Of a stretch of 64,000 bases of DNA, positions 28,604-38,400 are shown one piece after another. The notes under the pieces were generated by a model that was given only the letters and a program-made list of their open reading frames with translations, was not told where the DNA came from and made no database searches. Position 1 is the first letter of the stretch, and each line of letters starts with the position of its first letter. The DNA is from an uncultured Bacilli bacterium (GTDB lineage Bacteria; Bacillota_I; Bacilli_A; ML615J-28; CAG-313), in the NCBI GenBank assembly GCA_944326155.1, contig CALVCV010000005.1, positions 2,107 to 66,106 of the forward strand, read 5' to 3'. A program made the translations under genes and the position numbers.

Positions 28604-31108
28604 ATGAAAACAAAACAATTATTTATTAAAAACTTTATTTTTGTATTAGCACTTTTAGTGGTGGCTGTTGTTTCTAGTTGTACAAAAACGACTACTTACA
28701 AAGTAACATTTGATAGTGCTGGTGGTACACTTGTAAACGCGCAAGAAGTAAATGAAAATGAAACTGCTACTAAGCCAAGTGATCCTACCAAAGAAGGTTA
28801 TAATTTCGTAAACTGGCTTTTAAACAATGCCCCTTATGATTTTTCATCAAAGGTGACATCTGATATTACATTAGTTGCAAATTGGGAAAAAGCTTCCAAA
28901 GCAACAATTGAAATTACTACCTCTTCTGCAGAAATGCAATATGATGGTTCAGTTGAATTAGAAGTTACTGTTAATGATGCAACAAATGAAGCATATACGT
29001 TAACAACGAATGCTGAAGACATAGTCGAAATTAATAATAATGTTTTAACTGTTAAAGAAGGCGTTAATCTTACTCTTGATAAATATGTTACAATTATTGC
29101 AACATTAACAGAAGATGTAACTGTTACTGATTCAGTTGCTGTTACAATTAAAGCTCCAGTTATTGAAGGCCAAGTTGGCGAATTAACAACTGAAATGTTA
29201 CAAGAAATTGGTAATGCAAACATTACTGTAAATGGTGTTTTAACTGACTATTATACAGATTTTAACTTCAGTGCAAATAGCAGTGTAAACTCTTATGATA
29301 TGCTTGTTAAAATGAGTGATGGTAAATGGTATGGTGAGTGGAATCATCAATTAGCTCCTCAAAATAAAACAATGGATTATTATCGTCGTAGCGAAGCAAA
29401 TGATTACAAAGATGGTACTGGTAATCTTGGTCATGCTTTAGAAAGATTATTTATTAATAAAGATAATGAATTAGAAGCGAAAGTTGAAAAGAACTATAAT
29501 AGTATTCCAGTTCTTTGGGAAGCACAACATTTATGGAATCATATTGCAAATTTACAAATTAATAAGTTTGCATATGATGCTGAAAATGATGTATATGAAT
29601 ATCAAATCAATATGAGTGATATGGATGATTTATATCTAATGACATACTTATCGTTCTCTTTAACTCCAGTTTTATCCGATACATTAGATAGATTATACTT
29701 AAAAGTTGAAGATGGTAAAGTTACTCAATTATTAGCACAAACAGAAATCCTATATTATGGCGAGAATACTGAAGAAGATCCTGATGCAATGAGTTATTCA
29801 GAAATTCAACTTACTTTCTCTAATATTGGAACAACTGTAGTAGAAGATCCAAAACCATATGAAGCTCCAGAAAATGCTGAAAAATTACAACTTGCTTTAG
29901 AAAAAATGCAAAATGCCAAAAACTATACATTCAGAACTGAAGACGTCCAAACTTATGCTCCTTCAGGTGATAGTGGTGATTATGAACTTTCTGTTACATC
30001 TGTTGCTGCAAAAGGCGTAATCACTTCATTAGCAGTAAAAGATTTTGTATCAAGCGTAGGAACTGTAGGATGCTATGGTTTAGTAACTGAAGATGCAATC
30101 TTATTTGCAGAAACAATGAAATATGATTATTCAATGGATGGCAATAGCTATCGTACTGAATATTTTGGTTATAAACAAAATACTGATGGAACATATGATG
30201 AATTTGCATATGATTCCGATATAGATGCTTTAGTTGGAACAAAGAAAGTAAATGGTAATATCTTTGATGCAATGCCTAGCTTTGATTTATCTCCTAATAT
30301 TTTTACATTTGAATCTTCAATGCTAAAAAATGGTGTGATGACGTATACATTTAGATTAACTGATACAGCAATTTCTAGAGAAGTTGCATTAGAACTTTCT
30401 GCTTATCAATATGCAGATGATGCTTCTTCATCTGCATCAGTATCTTTCAAAGTTGTTGTTAATGAAAATGGTGATTTAGTTTCTTCAACATTCCCTTATG
30501 ATCTTATTAATGGTACTTATATGGGATATTGCACAACAACATATTCAAATGTTGGTACAACTGTTCTTGAGGACGATACATTTACTGGATATGTTCCACG
30601 TGTTGTTAAAACTTCATGGGATCAATATATTACAAAATATTATAGTGCTGATTGTTCTAGCGCAACGTCACATGATGAAAATACAGCAATTGTTTTAGAA
30701 GATGCATATGGTGCAGCAGCTGATAGCATTCCTGCTCCAACTGTATTCTTATCTGCATTTGGTGATAATATTAGTGGTCCATTCTTTGATTATCAAGAAA
30801 CAGGAGTTGATGCTGATGGAAATAAGACATATAAGAAATTTATCAGTATTACTGCAACTTCTGATGAATATGATGAAAACGCTAAGGTTTTAAATTATGA
30901 TGAAATTATTGAAATTTTAGGTAACGAATTAGAAAAACTTGGATTTACACTTTCTGTTGCTAATACTGATACATCAGGTGGTGCAACGGGTCAAAGTAAT
31001 CGTTATGTTTGCTATGTTAGCGATGAAATTCAAGTTGTTATCGAAAACAATCATACAAGATATTTCTGGATTTATTTCTATAAAACAGGAGATTGGACTC
31101 TTAGATAA
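28604..31108 (+). CDS. Hypothetical lipoprotein (InlB B-repeat + Ig-like N-terminus; paralog of 26288..28585)
   Basis: Lipobox VVSSC; YKVTFDSAGG..PTKEGYNFVNW..YDF..VTSDITLVANW. Confidence 0.72.
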   Translation: MKTKQLFIKNFIFVLALLVVAVVSSCTKTTTYKVTFDSAGGTLVNAQEVNENETATKPSDPTKEGYNFVNWLLNNAPYDFSSKVTSDITLVANWEKASKATIEITTSSAEMQYDGSVELEVTVNDATNEAYTLTTNAEDIVEINNNVLTVKEGVNLTLDKYVTIIATLTEDVTVTDSVAVTIKAPVIEGQVGELTTEMLQEIGNANITVNGVLTDYYTDFNFSANSSVNSYDMLVKMSDGKWYGEWNHQLAPQNKTMDYYRRSEANDYKDGTGNLGHALERLFINKDNELEAKVEKNYNSIPVLWEAQHLWNHIANLQINKFAYDAENDVYEYQINMSDMDDLYLMTYLSFSLTPVLSDTLDRLYLKVEDGKVTQLLAQTEILYYGENTEEDPDAMSYSEIQLTFSNIGTTVVEDPKPYEAPENAEKLQLALEKMQNAKNYTFRTEDVQTYAPSGDSGDYELSVTSVAAKGVITSLAVKDFVSSVGTVGCYGLVTEDAILFAETMKYDYSMDGNSYRTEYFGYKQNTDGTYDEFAYDSDIDALVGTKKVNGNIFDAMPSFDLSPNIFTFESSMLKNGVMTYTFRLTDTAISREVALELSAYQYADDASSSASVSFKVVVNENGDLVSSTFPYDLINGTYMGYCTTTYSNVGTTVLEDDTFTGYVPRVVKTSWDQYITKYYSADCSSATSHDENTAIVLEDAYGAAADSIPAPTVFLSAFGDNISGPFFDYQETGVDADGNKTYKKFISITATSDEYDENAKVLNYDEIIEILGNELEKLGFTLSVANTDTSGGATGQSNRYVCYVSDEIQVVIENNHTRYFWIYFYKTGDWTLR

Positions 31109-31129
31109 TTGAGAAAGTAGAGGAAAGCA

Positions 31130-34100
31130 ATGAAGAAAAGATTATTAGTATCAATTTTTGCTATTATCTTTGGTTTCTTTGCAATAACAGGATGTACAAC
31201 AACAGGACAAGGTGGTTCGGGGGGATCAACTCCTCCTGAACCTGATCCTATTGTTGTAATTCAAGCATTAGAGGAAAGTATCAGCATTAAAGATACCGAA
31301 GTTAATAATTACAAATATGGTTCTTTATTTAAAATATTACTAAATGATGTTGAACAACCAGTTTTAGAATCATATATTGATGCATCAGAAGTAAAAGATG
31401 CTCCTGGTGCTTATAGAGTATATTGTAGTTTTCAAGGAAAAACTGCATCATTAGTGGTTAATGTTAGTGTGACCGGAAGTGATATTTCTCTTACTCTTGC
31501 TAAAGACGAAGTTACTGTCAAACTTGCTGAAAGTTTAACATATGATTATTTAAGCTTATTTACTGCCACAATTGATGGTGTTACTGAGGAAATAACTCCT
31601 GAACAAGTGACAACCAATTTAGAAAGTAGCGAAGGTACTTATTGGTATACAGTTAGTTTTAAAGGTCTTACAAAAACTTTAACTATTCATATTGTAGCTG
31701 ATCATAATATTGAAATTATCTTATCTTATCCTATTTACTATCTTCAAATAAGTGAAGTAAAAAACTTTGATTATACCACGTTATTTACTTTATATGTTGA
31801 TAGCCAAGTAACTAAAGTAGAATTAGATATGATAGATGCTTCAGCAATTGTTAATCCAATTGTAGGTAACGAATATGCAATTATTTTTAATTATACAAAT
31901 TATGGATTAACACAATCGAAAGAAGCAATTGTAAAAGTTATTGAAGATGAAGAAATTGTAATTACGACTCAAAATGTGGTTACTTATCCTAATGATGAGC
32001 CAATTGATTTAAAATCATTATTTACCATTCGAAAAGGTGAGGAAGTTATAACAGTTACTTCTGATATGATTAGTGGTAGCATTGATTATTCAAAAGCTGG
32101 TAATAACGAAATTACTTTAACTTACATGGGAAATACTGCTATAGCAAATGTTGAATTAAGACTCGGTGTTGTAATTAATTATAAAACAAGTGATACAATC
32201 ATTATTCAAAAAGGTACAAATCAAGACACGTATGCTTTTGCTAATGACTTTGAAGTAACAATCAATGGTATTCTTTTTGATAATATTCAAAATACGTATT
32301 TTGATCTATCAACTGTTGATTTTAATAACGCAGGTACATATGATGTTACGTTAACTATTCCTTATAATGATAAACCATTATCGTTATCAGGTGTAAACTG
32401 GACATATTATGAAAAAACCATTCATTATGTTGTTGTTGAAAATAAATATGAAATCGAAGTTAGTAATGAAGAAGTTATCATTAATCATCAAGATAAAGAT
32501 TATAATGTGTTCTCCAATTTAGTTGTAACAATCAATGGTAGAAGACAAACCCTTGTTCAAAATAAAGATTATGTAGATGTTATTTCTTGTTATGCTGAAT
32601 TAGTTTCAGCACCTCTTGATTTTAATGATTTAGGGGTGCAAAAAGTAGAAATCGCTGTATACGTAGATGGTCCAAATAAAGACCCAATTCTTGTTTCATA
32701 TAACCTAACAATTGAGTCGGAAATTAAGGTTATTGCAAATGATACAGCCATCTTTACAGGCACTACTTTATATACAAAAGATTTGTTTGAAATTCAAAAT
32801 GGTAGTGAAGAAATTAAAGTTACACAAGATATGATAAGTGGTAAAGTAGATTGCTTTACACCGGGCGTATATTATGTTACAATATATTATCAAGGAATTG
32901 AAAAGACTGCCAAAGTTGTCGTTCTTGACAACAATATGAAGGGTGTTTATAAGACAAATTTAGAAACAATTCCGAATATGGCAGACTATGATGAAGAATA
33001 TGGTTATGAACCTGAACCATCTCAACTATTAGGTGATTTGATTGTCGATGAAGATGGCAATATGACTTTGTCAGGTAGTGAATTACAATTAATTGATGGT
33101 TCTAATGAAACCAGTATGAGTGTTATTTATTATAGATATAATTACAACTTATACTATATAGAACCAGGTATTGTTGTTCTTGTTCCACTAAATGAATTAA
33201 AAATGACTTTTAGTGATTATAATAGACCGATGGTTTATTTTAATGAAAGTGTTTGGAATTTAGAAGATAGAGTTGTAGTTAATTCAGCATCTAGTTATGT
33301 ACTTGAAATCAGTTATACAGGATATAGTATTGATTTATTTAAAATTAAATCAAAAATAGATGGTAGTACAAATTGGTTTGGTCTAAAAACAGAGATAGTT
33401 CAAAAACTTTCAAGTGATACTATTTATGATGTAACTTATGGGGTTGTTGAATTTAACGGTTCATTTGATCAATTTCCAGGTAAATACTACAGTTTTAATA
33501 TGAATAATGATACTTATAGTATGCAATTACAAACACCTGTTGTAGGTAAGATTCAAGCTAATGCTGACGAAAACAAGTATAAAAATAAAACATTTACTGG
33601 TATATATAATGGTGTAGAAACTAGATTAGTTGCTGATGCATATGGTGGCTTTACATTATTACAAGGATCAACCCAAATTTTTAGCGTATATTCTTATGAT
33701 ATAAGTAAGATGAAAAATGGTGGTCCTAACTATGTAGAAGACATTCTACTAGTTTACTCATTTGAAGAAAATATTTATTCTTATAAATTTATCCTAGATG
33801 TAGTAAATGAAACCTTTACTTATGTTGAAAGAGATCCATACTTTGGTCTATATGAAACAGATACAATGTATCTATTTATAGATGGCTATGGAAATGGTCA
33901 CTTTAATGTCAATAGTAGTAGTTATAAAGAAGATTTATTTACTTATGAAATAGTTGGCAATAGCCTTGAATTAATATTTAAAGATTCAGAACTACCTATA
34001 TTTGAAGGATATCATGCCAAATTCTATATTGATACTTTTGGTAACATTTTAACTACAAACTACTTGTGTTATGAAGTAGAAAAAGGTACCAAATTTATTA

Positions 34101-35446
34101 ATTATAATATTACAAATGGTGCAATCGTTAATATTTTATCTCATCAAATTGGTCAAGATGCCGATGCAGTTGCTAAATCACTATTATATGATAATATTGA
34201 AATTATAACAAAAGATGGTGTACTTTCTAAAACAGAAAAAGAGGCTTGTATTGATGTATCTAAGATTAGATTTAATACGCCAGGCTTTTATCAAATCAGC
34301 ATCACACTTCATATTGATGATAAAGATGTAGTTGGTTATTATGGTATTCAAGTATTAGAAGATATCTACGCAAATAACTCAATTGTTGCTACTTATGGTA
34401 GTGGTGTAATTTTTGATCAATATAGTTTATCAATAGATAAATATGGTCAAGTTATATTAAATTGTGCAGGTGTTAGTTATAAAGGCACAATTAAGATTAG
34501 TGGTAATACATTTATTATTAATGCAAAAGATGAAGACAATAATAAGATTACAGCTACAGGTAATCAATTAACAGAAGGGCTAATTGTTTTAAGATGCAGT
34601 GGTGCAATTACTTTCCAAGACTATTATACTACTGGTACAAGTAGTTTAATAGGTTGTGAAAATAATTACTTAAGACGCATTACTATCAATAATCAAACAA
34701 TATATATATATTCAACTATTTTAAATGGTTTAGGTGAAATTGCTACAGTTGTCAGTTTGAATGATTTAGATCCTAGTCAAGTAGGTTCTATCAATGAAGT
34801 AACGACTAGTGATAAAACTATTGTCTTAAGAATCAATGCTTGGGATGATACAACAAATGGCTTAACAATTACTGATTCATATCGTGGTACATATACAAAT
34901 GGTGGTGAAGAAATTTTTGTTAATGGCTTTGGAAGTGTAGTCATAGCAAATCAAATTGGTGAATATATATTAAACGACAATGTTATTACTGTTTCGCTTG
35001 ATGACATGATGGCATTATATAGATTAGATAATGAAAATTATACATTTGAAGAAATCAAATTTACATTTGATAATACCATTCTTGAAGGTAAAATATTTGC
35101 AGCAGAACATAATTTTGTGTGTGATACATATGTTTATGCAGCAAATACCTCATTTGCTTTTGGCCCAAATAGTGAGGTATTAATCATATCTACTTCTGAT
35201 GAACATGATAATGGTGAATATTCATGTACAAATGACTTCTATAACCCTAGTTATGCTAGTAAAGATGGTATAATAGGTACATATGAAGTAAGTAATAATA
35301 AAGTTACAGTAATAGTAAATGGCGAAACATTTGTATTCTTTATTACAAATGTTTTAGATGCTAGCCAAATAATTAGTGTAGAAACTTCAGTAGGGGAAGA
35401 TGAACATGGTTATTTTGCTAACAACACAATCTTTAAAAGGCAATAA
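31130..35446 (+). CDS. Large surface lipoprotein with bacterial Ig-like repeats
   Basis: Lipobox AITGC plus GS/P linker; repeats VTSDMISGSIDYSKAG.., VTQDMISGKVDCFTPGVY.., VDFNNAGTYDV, IRFNTPGFYQI. Confidence 0.72.
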   Translation: MKKRLLVSIFAIIFGFFAITGCTTTGQGGSGGSTPPEPDPIVVIQALEESISIKDTEVNNYKYGSLFKILLNDVEQPVLESYIDASEVKDAPGAYRVYCSFQGKTASLVVNVSVTGSDISLTLAKDEVTVKLAESLTYDYLSLFTATIDGVTEEITPEQVTTNLESSEGTYWYTVSFKGLTKTLTIHIVADHNIEIILSYPIYYLQISEVKNFDYTTLFTLYVDSQVTKVELDMIDASAIVNPIVGNEYAIIFNYTNYGLTQSKEAIVKVIEDEEIVITTQNVVTYPNDEPIDLKSLFTIRKGEEVITVTSDMISGSIDYSKAGNNEITLTYMGNTAIANVELRLGVVINYKTSDTIIIQKGTNQDTYAFANDFEVTINGILFDNIQNTYFDLSTVDFNNAGTYDVTLTIPYNDKPLSLSGVNWTYYEKTIHYVVVENKYEIEVSNEEVIINHQDKDYNVFSNLVVTINGRRQTLVQNKDYVDVISCYAELVSAPLDFNDLGVQKVEIAVYVDGPNKDPILVSYNLTIESEIKVIANDTAIFTGTTLYTKDLFEIQNGSEEIKVTQDMISGKVDCFTPGVYYVTIYYQGIEKTAKVVVLDNNMKGVYKTNLETIPNMADYDEEYGYEPEPSQLLGDLIVDEDGNMTLSGSELQLIDGSNETSMSVIYYRYNYNLYYIEPGIVVLVPLNELKMTFSDYNRPMVYFNESVWNLEDRVVVNSASSYVLEISYTGYSIDLFKIKSKIDGSTNWFGLKTEIVQKLSSDTIYDVTYGVVEFNGSFDQFPGKYYSFNMNNDTYSMQLQTPVVGKIQANADENKYKNKTFTGIYNGVETRLVADAYGGFTLLQGSTQIFSVYSYDISKMKNGGPNYVEDILLVYSFEENIYSYKFILDVVNETFTYVERDPYFGLYETDTMYLFIDGYGNGHFNVNSSSYKEDLFTYEIVGNSLELIFKDSELPIFEGYHAKFYIDTFGNILTTNYLCYEVEKGTKFINYNITNGAIVNILSHQIGQDADAVAKSLLYDNIEIITKDGVLSKTEKEACIDVSKIRFNTPGFYQISITLHIDDKDVVGYYGIQVLEDIYANNSIVATYGSGVIFDQYSLSIDKYGQVILNCAGVSYKGTIKISGNTFIINAKDEDNNKITATGNQLTEGLIVLRCSGAITFQDYYTTGTSSLIGCENNYLRRITINNQTIYIYSTILNGLGEIATVVSLNDLDPSQVGSINEVTTSDKTIVLRINAWDDTTNGLTITDSYRGTYTNGGEEIFVNGFGSVVIANQIGEYILNDNVITVSLDDMMALYRLDNENYTFEEIKFTFDNTILEGKIFAAEHNFVCDTYVYAANTSFAFGPNSEVLIISTSDEHDNGEYSCTNDFYNPSYASKDGIIGTYEVSNNKVTVIVNGETFVFFITNVLDASQIISVETSVGEDEHGYFANNTIFKRQ

Positions 35447-35493
35447 TAGAAGGCAATAAATATTTAAGATATATATAAAGAGGTGATTTAAAT

Positions 35494-38400
35494 ATGAAAA
35501 AAAGCAAAATTTATTTAGCCTTGATCTTTTCTGTATTGCTAATGGCAATGACTGCTTGCGTTACAATCGCTGACCCTCATAGCCATAGTTACTCAGATTG
35601 GATTATTGATGTTGAACCTACTGAAACAACAGTTGGTAAAGCACATAGAACATGTGAATGTGGTGAAAGCGTAACAACTGATGTTCCTGCATTTTCTGAC
35701 GAAACTGTATGGATTAAGTATGTTGATGTAGATCCAACTTGTACAGAAGAAGGTACTGTAATTTATGCATCAGATTTTGGTGTTTTCGAAGTTACAGCAA
35801 AACCTCTTCCTCATACATTTGCAGAGTATGAAGTAGTAGTTGCTCCAACTCTAACTGAAGAAGGTACTGCTAAGGGCAAATGTAGTGTTTGTGGTACTGA
35901 AATAACAGTTGATTTACCTGTATTAACAGATGAATCTTTCTGGAAAGTTGTTGATGAAAAAGCATCAACATGTTCAGAAGCTGGTTACAAAACTTTTAGT
36001 AGCGCATATGTAGAAGTTACTATTGATCTTGAATTAGCAGCACATACATATGAATGGACTATCACAGTTGCTCCAACTTTAACTGAAGAAGGTACTGCTT
36101 TAGGTGTATGTAGTGAATGCGGTGATGAACAAGAAGTAGTTCTTCCTGCATTAACTGATGAAGAAGTTTGGACAAAGGTTTCTGAAACTGAGGCTACATA
36201 TAATGAAGGTGGAAAAGTCGTATATGAAAGTTTATATGGAATAGTAGAAATTGATACTGCTAAGAAAGTAGCTCCATATGATGGTAAGACATATACAACT
36301 TTTGAATATGATTCAACAGATTATTCAAGTAAGACTTTAAGTCCTGAAAGAATCACTTTAAATAATGTTACACTTGATACATTTGGTAAAGGTGAAGGTA
36401 GTTCATATCCACTAAATGGTGAAATTGCAATTAAGATGGTAAACGAAGAAACAGGCGAAATCGAAATTAGCGTAGATGGTACTGCTAGTGTTGGTTATGT
36501 TGATTTTGCAAGTGGCATTATCATAACTCCTTATTATTCGACTTTTGATGATATCTTTGTTTGGGTACCATTTGAAGTTGCAACATCTTCTGATATTCGT
36601 ACAAATAGCCAAGGTTCTTCTTGGGATAATTCAATGGCTATTACTTATGCAGTTGATGGTGTTGAATATAGTTTATTTGTTAACAATGGTAAAGTATATG
36701 GTGGTGTAGAATTTGTTGATGCTGAAGGTGCTAGCGTTGCTGCAGCTGATTGCTATGAAAATGATTATGTTTATGTAAAAGATCAAGAAGGTAATCAATT
36801 ATTTGGTTTTGCATATAATGGTACTGAATTAGTTGCTACAGATGGTTACGAAGGTACATATACTATTGAAGACATTACAGTTGTTGTAAGCGGTTATGGT
36901 GTAGTTACTGTTTCTGAAGCTGAAGGAACTTATGAAGTCTTGGATGCTGGTGCTAAAGTTCTTGCTGTTTATGTTAATGATGAGTATTTAGAAGTAACTT
37001 TAGATACAGAAAATATGACATGCACAATGAGCAAACCAATGATAACGATTACATTTGATACAGATGATAAGGCTACAGTTGAAGCTTTAACTATAAACAA
37101 GAACATTGCAGTAGAATTACCTGTTCCAACAAATGAAACGTGGGTATTCAGAGGTTGGTATTTAGATTCTAAATTTACTGAAGTTGTACCGGAAACATTT
37201 GCTGCAGAGACTAGTGTAACTTTATATGCTTTATGGGCACAAAAAGTAACACTTAACTTAAATGGTGTATTAGAAGGTGATGAAAGTGTCTTAATTTTAG
37301 GTGAAGGCGATATTATTGGTGATTATTTACCTGCTTATGGTGTTGAAGCAGAACTTAATAAAGTATTCAAGGGTTGGTTCCTTGATGAAAATTATGAAAC
37401 TTCATTACCAGAAGCTGCTACTGTTACAACTGCAGATGATAATACTACAGTTTATGCTAAATGGGAAGATTTACCTGCTTACTATGGTGAATATTTAGGT
37501 ACTGAAATTTGGGGTGAAACTAGTGGTAATAGTTCTACTTACACATTAACAATTGATGAAAATGGTAAGATTAGTGGCAAACTTACTGGTACAGTTCAAA
37601 GTTATGATCCAGAAACACAATTAATTACTTGGGTTGATTCAAGTAATAAAGTAAGATATTTTTGGTATAATGCTGAAGCAGAAGTTGTTGTTGTACCTTA
37701 CTCTGAAAGAACGCCAATTGAAATTGGTACAGATTTCTATATTGCAGGTAAACATCAAACAACTAATAATGTTGCTACAAATTATGGTATTAATGTTCCA
37801 AAGACACCTGGTTCTTCATCAACTGGTTATTATGCAAGATTTGTAAACGTAATGACAGTAGATGGTCCAAAAGATTTATTTGTTTATAATAACTATATAT
37901 ATTCTGCTTTTGAAGCTACAGATACATCAGGTAATCCATTAACTGCTGCAACTGTCAAAAATTCTAAGACACTTGTAGTAAAAGATGCTGAAGGTAACAC
38001 AATTGTTGCTGTTGCATCATTAGGTGCATCATTTGATGATGAAACTGATACAGTAGTATTAGATACATATTATGGTACATATACTAATGAAACTGAAACA
38101 ATCGTTTTAGATGGTGTTGGTGGTGTTGTATATGGTGAAAAAACTGGTACATATGCAGTAGCTAGTGAAGATGCTGGTTATGACTTTGATATATATCTTG
38201 AAAATAATACTGAGTATTATCAATTAACAATAGAAGGAACAAACTTTACAATTGTTAAACCAACTGTAACTGTTACATTTGTTGTTGGTGATCATACTCC
38301 TGTTCCTCAAATGGAGGCAAATATTAATGTTGTTGTTTCTTTACCAGAAGTTGTTGAAGATGGATTTGTTTTCAATGGTTGGTTTACTGATGATAAATTT

